Assembly: GCA_963662315.1 (NCBI GenBank) | Contig: OY759353.1 | Span: forward strand, 1,760,001 to 1,824,000 | From: Geopsychrobacteraceae bacterium | Lineage (GTDB): Bacteria > Desulfobacterota > Desulfuromonadia > Desulfuromonadales > Geopsychrobacteraceae | Reading direction: 5' to 3' | DNA: 64,000 nucleotides | Position numbers and translations under genes: made by a program | The notes under the pieces: generated by a model | The model's database searches: none | Seen by the model: only the letters and a program-made list of their open reading frames with translations | What the model was told of the DNA's origin: nothing | In this document: piece by piece, positions 48,923 to 57,403 of the stretch | How positions within the stretch are numbered: position 1 is the stretch's first letter | How the letters are laid out: every line of letters starts with the position of its first letter

Positions 48923-49891
48923 TTATTTTGCTGCCTGAATCTGGTCGACCATATCTTTTCCGAACTTGGCGATGTAACTGTCCCAGGTCTTGGTGATCGC
49001 TTTCTGGAAGGCTGCTTTGTCAACGTCCTTATTGATTTTCATACCGCGCTTCTCAAGGTCAGCCATCATACCGGCTTCCTTTTCAATACTGAGCTTACGC
49101 TGATAAGCTACCGCCTCGGCGGCAACCTCTTTGACCACTTTTTGTTGGTCAGCGTTCAGAGCGTTGAACTTGTTCTGGTTCATGGCAATAACCAGCATCG
49201 CGTAGGAATGCTCGGTCAAAGACAGGTATTTCTGCACTTCGTCATAGTGGAAAGAGTGAGTAATCGGAATCGGATGCTCCTGAGCTTCAACAACACCGGT
49301 TTCCAGAGCGGTATACAGTTCTGATACTGGCAACGGAGTTGGGTTTGCTTTCAACATAGAGAACATTTCGTTGAGCGCTTTCGAATTGTTGGTGCGAATT
49401 TTCAAACCGACAACATCTTCCGGAGTGCGGATCGGTTTACGGGAATTGGTGATATTCCGATACCCGTTTTCCGGGAAACCAAGTCCGATCATGCCGAAGT
49501 TGCTGAAGTCTACCAGCAGCCCTTGACCTACAGGACCATCAAGAACTTTGTAGGCATGCTCACGGCTGGTAAAAATATAAGGGAGCAACACTCCACCAAC
49601 TTTCGGCATCAAGCCTTCAAAGTTGTTCAGGCCGGACATTTCGATATCAATAATTCCAGAACGCACTCCGGTAATCATCTGCTGATCGTTACCCAGCTGA
49701 CCGTGAGGATAAATACGCACAGTCACTTCACCATTGGTACGTTCCTTAATCTTTTCGGCAAAAAACTTGGCCAGTTCCTGCTGCAGATCCGTTTCCGGTG
49801 CGGCATGGGCAAACTTGAGTTCAACGGCCATACCTACTGATGCTGAGATAACCAGCAGCACCGCGACGAGCATAAAAACGACCTTCTTCAT
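48923..49891 (-). CDS. dctP: TRAP substrate-binding protein (YiaO-like, sugar acid)
   Basis: YPHGQLG, ENGYRNIT, GLKIRT and ELYTALETGVVEAQEHP. Confidence 0.95.
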   Translation of the reverse strand: MKKVVFMLVAVLLVISASVGMAVELKFAHAAPETDLQQELAKFFAEKIKERTNGEVTVRIYPHGQLGNDQQMITGVRSGIIDIEMSGLNNFEGLMPKVGGVLLPYIFTSREHAYKVLDGPVGQGLLVDFSNFGMIGLGFPENGYRNITNSRKPIRTPEDVVGLKIRTNNSKALNEMFSMLKANPTPLPVSELYTALETGVVEAQEHPIPITHSFHYDEVQKYLSLTEHSYAMLVIAMNQNKFNALNADQQKVVKEVAAEAVAYQRKLSIEKEAGMMADLEKRGMKINKDVDKAAFQKAITKTWDSYIAKFGKDMVDQIQAAK

Positions 49892-49923
49892 TGGACAACC
49901 TCCCTTGGTTATGAATGAAAAAC

Positions 49924-51204
49924 TTAACCGACGATGAATTTCATCGGTACGATGATCAGTTCCGGAAAAATAATGAATACGACCAGCAGCAAGGCATAAA
50001 CCCCGACAAACGGAAGAATGCCTGCCACCGCGTTTTCAATACGAATCTTGCCGACCCCGCAAACCACGTTCAGAACTGTGCCAACCGGCGGAGTAATCAG
50101 CCCGATACAGGCGTTCATGATGAACATGATGCCGAAATAAACCGGGTCAATTCCGGCCATCTTGATCACCGGCATGAGCAGCGGCACCAGGATCAGAACC
50201 GTCGGACTTAAGTCCATGACCATTCCAATAGCCAGAACCAGCAGCATAATTGCGGCCATCAGCAGACGTGGCGTGTCGATCAGCGGTTGCAGCAGGATAG
50301 CAAGTTGCTGAGGCAACTGGGCAATGGTGATCAGCCAGGAAGCAACCATGGCACAGCCGACCAGGAACATGATCATCCCGGTGGCCTTGCCGCTGGAAAT
50401 CAGAACGTGATAAAACTTCTTGAGGGTCAATTCACGGTAGATGACAGCAGAAACAAAGACAGCGTAAACGGCAGCGACAACGGCGGCTTCTGTCGGGGTG
50501 AAGATACCGAAACGAATCCCGACGATGATGATGATCGGCAGGATCAGCGACCAAATACCATCACGGAAAGCTTCGCGAAATTCCTGACTGCTGGCTTTTT
50601 CAGAAACCGGCAGGTCAACATTGCGCACCATGTAGCGCCAGGTCATCAGCAGAGCACCGCCCATCATCAGCCCCGGAGCGATCCCCCCCATGAACAGTTT
50701 GGCTATCGAGATATTACCGGCGACACCAATAATGATAAACGGAACAGAGGGCGGAATGACCGGAGCAATAATTCCACCGGCTGCCAACAGGCCGGCAGAG
50801 CGCGCCGTCGGATAATTGGCCTTGCGCATCATCGGAAACAGAATCGCAACCAGCGCGGCCGCATCAGCAGCGGCAGACCCGGACAGCCCCGCCAAAACAA
50901 CCGATGTAAAGATGGCAACATACCCCAGCCCGCCCTTCTTATGTCCGACCCCGGCCATGGCCAGACGCACAATACGCTGCGACAAACCTCCGCAAGCCAT
51001 GGTTTCACCGGCAACCAGGAAAAATGGAATAGCGAGCAGCGCAAAGCTGTCGACACCATTGACCAGCGACTGGGCCAGGATATCGGCACTGACCATATCG
51101 AGGTGAAACATCAGTGCAACAGAAGACAGCAACAGCGAAAAAGCAACCGGAATACCCAGCAGGATCCCGGCTAACAAAGCACCAAGAAAAATAGCCAATG
51201 TCAT
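49924..51204 (-). CDS. dctM: TRAP large permease (YiaN-like)
   Basis: LAIPFFLVAGE, SGSAAAD, IIAPVIPPS, TPTEA and ITPPVG. Confidence 0.95.
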   Translation of the reverse strand: MTLAIFLGALLAGILLGIPVAFSLLLSSVALMFHLDMVSADILAQSLVNGVDSFALLAIPFFLVAGETMACGGLSQRIVRLAMAGVGHKKGGLGYVAIFTSVVLAGLSGSAAADAAALVAILFPMMRKANYPTARSAGLLAAGGIIAPVIPPSVPFIIIGVAGNISIAKLFMGGIAPGLMMGGALLMTWRYMVRNVDLPVSEKASSQEFREAFRDGIWSLILPIIIIVGIRFGIFTPTEAAVVAAVYAVFVSAVIYRELTLKKFYHVLISSGKATGMIMFLVGCAMVASWLITIAQLPQQLAILLQPLIDTPRLLMAAIMLLVLAIGMVMDLSPTVLILVPLLMPVIKMAGIDPVYFGIMFIMNACIGLITPPVGTVLNVVCGVGKIRIENAVAGILPFVGVYALLLVVFIIFPELIIVPMKFIVG

Positions 51205-51698
51205 AACAGCTCCTCCTCGTGAGCGACGGCATCACTTTTGGAACAGAAGCTACGATAAAGAGCAATAGCCCCCATCACCGCCCCGGCAAAGGCTCCGGCC
51301 AGATACATAACGCCGACGGGAATACCACTCATGGGTGAGATATTCGGCCAGTTGGCAAAGGTCTGACGGCAACTGCCAACCAGCAGCATAAGGCTGGAAA
51401 CAAGAATGACCAGGTTAACGATACGGCGTAAAACCCAGACAGCCTTAGGTGGCAGAATTTTATCGATAACACGCAAATCAAGGTGTTCATGATCACGCAA
51501 ACAGATGACCGCACCAAACATGATCGTCCAGACAAACAGGAATCTCGATATCTCTGCCGAGGCCAAAAGGCCACTTGAAAAGCCATACCGAAGAACCACG
51601 TTAACAAAGAGCAAAGCCAGCATAATCACCATTATAGCGGCCATTGCGCTTTCAACTAAGCGCCAGAAAAACGACCAGAACCTGTTCATAAAATCCAT
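51201..51698 (-). CDS. dctQ: TRAP small permease (YiaM-like)
   Basis: NVVLRYGF, EISRFLFVW and HL. Confidence 0.93.
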   Translation of the reverse strand: MDFMNRFWSFFWRLVESAMAAIMVIMLALLFVNVVLRYGFSSGLLASAEISRFLFVWTIMFGAVICLRDHEHLDLRVIDKILPPKAVWVLRRIVNLVILVSSLMLLVGSCRQTFANWPNISPMSGIPVGVMYLAGAFAGAVMGAIALYRSFCSKSDAVAHEEELL

Positions 51699-51794
51699 TC
51701 GCTAACCTCTGATTTTCAGCGTTGACAATGACAAAACGAGCTACTTATAAGATAACTCTTAGATATGAGAGCATAGCAAAATTCACCTTCTTGA

Positions 51795-51808
51795 TGATAT
51801 CGATAACA
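51795..51808. promoter_or_regulatory. LacI (GntR/IdnR-type) operator
   Basis: TGATATCGATAACA, upstream of dctQ. Confidence 0.7.
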
Positions 51809-52023
51809 TTTTTTGATGGCAAGAAAAAAATGTTGTCGACAGCCAAGTGAAGCGTCGTCTTGGGACGACCTGTCAGCAGGCCACGGACAAAAGAATGGCG
51901 CAAGTCCCCGTCGCAATTAAACTTCTTAAAAAGAGCAGCAGAACAATCAGGCTGTTGTTCTTTTTTAAAAAAATTTTACGCCGCAGATTTACGCCAAACC
52001 ATTCAGAAATTAATATTTTCCTA

Positions 52024-52890
52024 TTATTTCAATTGTTCAATCACAGCACTCAGATCGAGACCTCCCTGTCCGGCGCTGATCATTTTGGTAAACAGACTTT
52101 CACTGATCCGGGCAAGCGGCAAAGGAATACCTTTATCATCAGATATCCCCTTGGCCGTCACCAGAATTTGTTGCATATACACAGCCGGACCACCCGGTTC
52201 AAAGTTTTTCTCAAGCATACGTTCGCCATGTTCTTTCAGAATAACGGAATCAGCAAAACCACCCAACAAAGCTTGCCGCACGGCAACGGCATCGGCACCA
52301 AGGGACGCAGCCAGATTCAAAGACTCCGCCACGGCAACCACAGTATTTCCGACGATCAGCTGGTTGCATAATTTGGCAATCGAACCGCTCCCTGCCGGGC
52401 CGACATGGGTAACGCGGCCGAGAACAGCAAAGCATTCAGACAAAGATGCGATATCCTCGACCTCACCACCAGCCATGATACTGAGGGTTCCGGCGGCAGC
52501 TCCCCGTTCACCCCCGGAAACAGGGGCATCGATAAAGCGAATCCCTTTCTCCCCAGCAGCCTGGGCCAGTTCTAGGGCTTCAACCGGCGCATAGGTGGCC
52601 ATATCCACCAATAATGCTCCACTTGAAATGGCTCCAAGAACGTTCTGATCAAAATAGATATCACGCCCCGCTTTGTAATCGGACAACATGCAGATCACCA
52701 GCTCGGCCCCCTGCACTGCCTCACCTGGCGTTTCTGCGATCTTTGCACCAAAAGCCGTTAACGGCACTGCCTTCTCACGAGAACGATTCCAGGCAGTCAG
52801 GCAATACCCGGCTTCAGCAAGCCTGCGGGTCATCTGAAACCCCATAATACCGATACCTAAAAATGCTATTTTGCTACCTTTTTTAATCAT
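52024..52890 (-). CDS. Beta-hydroxyacid dehydrogenase (GarR / 3-hydroxyisobutyrate DH family)
   Basis: GIGIMG, WNRS, DAPVSGG, KLCNQ and GGFADS. Confidence 0.92.
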   Translation of the reverse strand: MIKKGSKIAFLGIGIMGFQMTRRLAEAGYCLTAWNRSREKAVPLTAFGAKIAETPGEAVQGAELVICMLSDYKAGRDIYFDQNVLGAISSGALLVDMATYAPVEALELAQAAGEKGIRFIDAPVSGGERGAAAGTLSIMAGGEVEDIASLSECFAVLGRVTHVGPAGSGSIAKLCNQLIVGNTVVAVAESLNLAASLGADAVAVRQALLGGFADSVILKEHGERMLEKNFEPGGPAVYMQQILVTAKGISDDKGIPLPLARISESLFTKMISAGQGGLDLSAVIEQLK

Positions 52891-53016
52891 ATGCTGATTC
52901 CTTCTGATCTGTGTGTAGAAAGGACCTGCTTGACGACAATTCAGCAATAAGCAGGGTTTTATTCTTTACGCTGACCCAAAGTGGCTATGCTGCTTATACC
53001 ACAGAAGAAACCCTTG

Positions 53017-53030
53017 TGTTATCGATAATC
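53017..53030. promoter_or_regulatory. LacI (GntR/IdnR-type) operator
   Basis: TGTTATCGATAATC, between the divergent dehydrogenase and regulator genes. Confidence 0.7.
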
Positions 53031-53157
53031 CTTGACCAATTCCCATCAATAGGACGAATATACATGCTGTTGATATTTCAATTGTTATCAGATGAGACTC
53101 TCGGGTGTTTACTTAACAACTGGCAAAAAGCAGTCTCACAGGAAAGAGGATTTCATC

Positions 53158-54192
53158 TTGTCTGCATCAAAACGTAATCCAACCATGGCTGACGTCGCCC
53201 GTTACGCTGGCGTTTCAGCCATGACTGTTTCACGTGCCCTCAAGGGAACCGGTCTGGTTACCGAAGATACCCATAAAAAGATCATGGAAGCGGTTGATGA
53301 ACTTGGCTATGTTCTTGATTTAACGGCCGGTTCACTATCATCTCAAAAATCCGGCTTTGTCTCGGTTCTGATTCCTTCGGTCAACAACTCCAACTTTTCA
53401 GAAACCCTGTTAGGGGTCACCGATGTCCTGGACAAGGCCGGTAAACAGGTTCTGCTCGGCTACACAGGCTACAGTCTGAAACGTGAAGAACAACTGATTG
53501 AAGCCATGCTGCAGCGTCGCCCCGAAGGTCTAATCTTAACTGGCGGTGAACACTCTGCCAGAGCCAGAAAAATTTTGGAAAACACGTCCATACCGGTCAT
53601 CGAAACCTGGGATCTGCCGCAAAAACCGATCAATCATGTGGTTGGGTTCTCCAATGCCGCAACCATTGAAGATATGGTCGCCCGTCTGGTATTCTGCGGC
53701 TATCGCAACATTGCCTATATCGGCGGAAACGAAAAAGGGGACTTCCGAGGCATTGCCCGGCGCCAGGGGTACGAACACGCTATCAAAGCCCTGGGCCTGC
53801 CCAAAGCTCATGTGGTATCGGTAGGAGATCCACCGATTTCCATTGAGCAGGGAGCGGCTGCAGTGGGACGCCTGATTGAAGAGTGGCCGGAAGTGGAAGC
53901 CGTCATCTGCGTTTCCGACCCGTCGGCCTTCGGCGCTATCATGGAATGCCACCGGCTTAATTTACCGGTTCCTCAGCGTCTGGCGGTCGCAGGCTTTGGT
54001 GATTTTGAAATTTCACGTTTCTGCTGGCCTTCGATTACCACGGTTTCGGTAAATTGCTATGAAATAGGCCAGAGCGCTGGAAATCTTATTCTTAAAGCGA
54101 TAGAAGCTAAGGATAATGGTGAGATCCTGCCGCCACAAACGATCCGGACGCCGCATTCGGTTATTGAGCGGGAGAGTACCAGGGCGCGCTAA
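53158..54192 (+). CDS. LacI family regulator, gluconate-repressor (GntR/IdnR) type
   Basis: PTMADVARYAGVSAMTVSRAL, PVIETWD, VGFSN and AGFGD. Start uncertain (TTG 53158 behind GAGGA). Confidence 0.92.
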   Translation: MSASKRNPTMADVARYAGVSAMTVSRALKGTGLVTEDTHKKIMEAVDELGYVLDLTAGSLSSQKSGFVSVLIPSVNNSNFSETLLGVTDVLDKAGKQVLLGYTGYSLKREEQLIEAMLQRRPEGLILTGGEHSARARKILENTSIPVIETWDLPQKPINHVVGFSNAATIEDMVARLVFCGYRNIAYIGGNEKGDFRGIARRQGYEHAIKALGLPKAHVVSVGDPPISIEQGAAAVGRLIEEWPEVEAVICVSDPSAFGAIMECHRLNLPVPQRLAVAGFGDFEISRFCWPSITTVSVNCYEIGQSAGNLILKAIEAKDNGEILPPQTIRTPHSVIERESTRAR

Positions 54193-54681
54193 CGCTAACA
54201 GTAATGCCTGTTTCATCCAATACCATGCCGAAGGCATTTCCGGTTCTGGCCAATCAGGCGTGGTTTGGGCCGTCTGGCCGACCAGTCAGTTACTGAATGT
54301 CTCTTTGAAATAACGCCGCCCGAACACGGACATATTAAAAGAGCAGTTTTGGGTTACCTTTTATTGCTCTGGATAAAAGGTAACTCGCCTGCAGGGGCGA
54401 GACCCTGCGCCCCTTCTTGTGTCTGTTTCAATAAAATCATAAAACAAAAATATAACCGTGAGGTCGCGCCCTCACACTGCGCCATACTTTTTCCAGGGCA
54501 AAAAAGTATGCAAAATGCCCGGAAAAATCAAAATAACTGACGAGTATCTAGCAGACTACGGCTTGTTGTAGTCAAGAGAAATTGACCGGCGGCCCAAGGT
54601 GCTGCGCACCTTATGGGCAAAAGGCAAATAGCCCGAAGCGAAACCCCGCTGTCTTGGCATTGACCTACGTTTACTAAATAA

Positions 54682-54718
54682 AAAATCCCTACCCTCTAAC
54701 ACAGAGGATAGGGATTTT
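54682..54718. terminator. Bidirectional terminator
   Basis: AAAATCCCTACCCTCT pairs with AGAGGATAGGGATTTT. Confidence 0.6.
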
Positions 54719-54732
54719 ATTCATATCAAATA

Positions 54733-55680
54733 TCAAACAACCGGAGTCGGCAACTCCTTGCCGGCAAAATGTGCCGCCAGGTTCTCATAAACCAACCGCC
54801 CCATCGCTTTGCGCGTTTCCACCGTGCCACTGGCATGATGCGGTTGCAGCAGCACATTGTCCAGCACCAGGAAACGCGGATCCAGGTTCGGCTCCCCCTC
54901 AAAAACATCGAGTGCAGCAAAACCAAGACTCTTGCTTTCCAGCGCATTCAGCAATTCCGCTTCATCAATGTTAGACGCCCGCGACACATTGATCAGCATC
55001 CCCTCCGGGCCAACCGCCGCAATGACCTCCTTATTGACAATATGCCGGGTCGCCGGGCCACCGGTCAGAGTGACGAACAAAAAGTCGGAACGCTGTGCCA
55101 GCGCAACCGGGTCCTGAATGTATTCCCACTCAGCGGCAAAGTCGCGCGGTGCCAGATCAGAATAAGCAATCTCCATATCAAACGCTGCACAGCGCTTGGC
55201 AACTTCATAGCCGATACGCCCCAACCCGAGGATACCTGCTTTTTTACCCGAGACCTGGTTTTGCAGCGGGTAGAGCCCCTGCTTCCCCCAGTTACCGGAA
55301 CGGACCCAGGATTCAGCGCCGATAATCCCGCGTGAACCAGCCAGCATCATGGCCAGCCCAAGATCCGCCACGTCTTTGGTCAGAACATCAGGGGTATTGG
55401 TAACCCGAATACCGCGCTCCCTGGCTGCGTCCAGATTAACCGCATCAAATCCGACGCCGTAGATCGAGATGACCTCAAGGTTGGGGAGAGCTTCAATCAA
55501 CTCGCGACTCGCACCAAGCTCACCACGGGTCGCGATCCCGCGGATTTTCTCTGCCCGTTCGGCAATGAACTGATTCTTATCCTCAGCTTCAAAATAAGCA
55601 TGCAGAGTAAAGTCCTGCTCCAGCAGCTCTATGTCCCATGACGGGTATGGACCCATCTGCAGAATATCGATCTTACTCAA
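54733..55680 (-). CDS. 2-hydroxyacid dehydrogenase (glyoxylate/hydroxypyruvate/2-ketoaldonate reductase-like)
   Basis: GVGFD, TNTPDVL, GLGRIG, FEGEP and QPHHAS. TTG start behind GGAGG. Confidence 0.92.
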   Translation of the reverse strand: MSKIDILQMGPYPSWDIELLEQDFTLHAYFEAEDKNQFIAERAEKIRGIATRGELGASRELIEALPNLEVISIYGVGFDAVNLDAARERGIRVTNTPDVLTKDVADLGLAMMLAGSRGIIGAESWVRSGNWGKQGLYPLQNQVSGKKAGILGLGRIGYEVAKRCAAFDMEIAYSDLAPRDFAAEWEYIQDPVALAQRSDFLFVTLTGGPATRHIVNKEVIAAVGPEGMLINVSRASNIDEAELLNALESKSLGFAALDVFEGEPNLDPRFLVLDNVLLQPHHASGTVETRKAMGRLVYENLAAHFAGKELPTPVV

Positions 55681-55716
55681 AGAATCCTCCCTTATATACC
55701 GGTGTGTTGTTTAAAC

Positions 55717-55756
55717 TTGACAGTCACGACAATGACCCGTATTGTTATCGATAACA
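55717..55756 (+). promoter_or_regulatory. Sigma70 promoter overlapped by a perfect LacI operator
   Basis: TTGACA (55717), 17-nt spacer, TATTGT (55740); TGTTATCGATAACA at 55743-55756. Confidence 0.75.
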
Positions 55757-55849
55757 TTTACTTTTGCAAGCACAAAATTTTGCTATACGTTTCACGAAAT
55801 ATCATCACTTTCTGAAGGAATAACAAAAAAACGCCGAAGGAGAAAAATT

Positions 55850-56740
55850 ATGACAATAAAAGCGAATCGTGTCGCCGTTATCGGTGTCGGTATTATGGGC
55901 ACCGCCATCACGACGCGTCTGCTGGAGTGCAACCAGCAAGTTCATGTTTTTGATCTTGATCTGCAAAAGGTCGCGGCCATGGTTGAACGCGGTGCGCTTG
56001 CCGCCGCCTCTCCCTGCGCTGCCGCGGCGCAAAGTGATTACGTTATTCTGTCTCTGAACAATGCCAATATCGTCAAGGCTGCGGTCTTTGGTCCTGAAGG
56101 AGTTGCCGAGGCGGCAACAGCAGATAAAACCCTCATCGATATGTCATCCATCGATCCCGAATCGACCAAAGAAATGGCGGCCAAACTGCTTGCCGATTAT
56201 GCCATGCCATGGGTCGACTGTCCCTTATCCGGTGGGGCTCCAGGTGCCCTGGGCGGCAAATTGGCGGTCATGGCGGGTGGACGTGAAGAGGATTTTGAAA
56301 AAGCGCGCGAAGTCATGCAGCATCTATGCGCCAATTACACTCTGATGGGGCCATCCGGAGCCGGGCAGGCGACCAAGCTGGTCAATCAGGTCCTGTGTGC
56401 CGTAGGTTTCCAGGCGATTGCCGAAGCAACCCAGCTGGCGTTAAAGGGTGGTGTCAATGTTGAGATGATTCCGGCCGCCATTGCCGGTGGCCGTGCTGAT
56501 TCACGCCTGCTTCAGGAGTTCATGGCAAAAATGGGGCGTCATGATTATTCGCCTACCGGGCGTCTGGACAATATGCTGAAAGATATGGAAGCTGTTCAGG
56601 CCTTTGCGGCCAAGAATCGCGTTGCGATGCCGCTGACCAGCCTGACAACTGAAATTCATCGACTGTTTGTTGCTGCGGGTAAAGGCGGCGATGACAATGC
56701 AGCCCTGATGAAGCTGTTTAATGGCCCCGCGGAGGAATAA
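55850..56740 (+). CDS. Beta-hydroxyacid dehydrogenase (NAD(P)-dependent)
   Basis: GVGIMG, DMSS, DCPLSGG, KLVNQ and GGRADS. ATG behind AAGGAG. Confidence 0.92.
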   Translation: MTIKANRVAVIGVGIMGTAITTRLLECNQQVHVFDLDLQKVAAMVERGALAAASPCAAAAQSDYVILSLNNANIVKAAVFGPEGVAEAATADKTLIDMSSIDPESTKEMAAKLLADYAMPWVDCPLSGGAPGALGGKLAVMAGGREEDFEKAREVMQHLCANYTLMGPSGAGQATKLVNQVLCAVGFQAIAEATQLALKGGVNVEMIPAAIAGGRADSRLLQEFMAKMGRHDYSPTGRLDNMLKDMEAVQAFAAKNRVAMPLTSLTTEIHRLFVAAGKGGDDNAALMKLFNGPAEE

Positions 56741-57061
56741 ATGTACACACGCAGTGCTATTTTTGAAGGAACAATTCGCCCGGGCAAGGAAGCTGAATTT
56801 TTCGATATCATCGAGAATAAGTTACTCCCGATCTGGCGCCGCATGCCCCATGTCATGGAGGTTCGCCTGTTCCGGCCTGAAGAAAAGGAAGATGCCGCCC
56901 CGGGAGTGGTCCTGGTACAACAGATTGATTATCCGAGCAGAGAAGCCATCGATGAAGCGCTAAGCTCTCCGATCAGGGAAGAGGCCGTAGAGGCATCAAA
57001 GCCGCTGGCAGACCTTTTCGACGGAAAGCATTATCATTATATTTACAAAAAACTGGCCTGA
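56741..57061 (+). CDS. Small EthD-like / dimeric alpha-beta barrel protein
   Basis: Starts immediately after the upstream stop with a GGAGG RBS; YPSREAIDEALSSP.R and FDG..YH pattern. Confidence 0.65.
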   Translation: MYTRSAIFEGTIRPGKEAEFFDIIENKLLPIWRRMPHVMEVRLFRPEEKEDAAPGVVLVQQIDYPSREAIDEALSSPIREEAVEASKPLADLFDGKHYHYIYKKLA

Positions 57062-57073
57062 GTTTAAAGGTCG

Positions 57074-57112
57074 AAGCAGAGAACCTCCTCGGCGAAGGAG
57101 GTTCTCTGCTTT
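57074..57112 (+). terminator. Intrinsic terminator
   Basis: AAGCAGAGAACCTCCT pairs with AGGAGGTTCTCTGCTT. Confidence 0.65.
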
Positions 57113-57403
57113 CAGTCAATGTTTAAAGTATTGGCCCTGTATTCATAAAACTAGCTCGCAGACTACGCGACTCATCTATTTGTTATTCCTATCAAAACAT
57201 CATTCCACATTGACAAACAATATGTATTTATGGGACCTTCCTAATCAACATACGCCATTCGTTCATTATATTGCAGGATTTTACAGTCAAGGTTTATTTT
57301 TTATAGCATTCATGACCCCTCTTTATTTTTTGTCTGTTAACCAGAACCGGCTGGCAGGCATTACGTTTTCATTGACCAAACGTACGACTAAGGAGAGTTC
57401 CAT

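Noticed and set aside
54540..54670. Possible c-di-GMP riboswitch (GGCAAA) or IS end (TGTAGTCAAG)
   Set aside because: The rest of the riboswitch consensus is missing, and there is no matching second inverted repeat or transposase.
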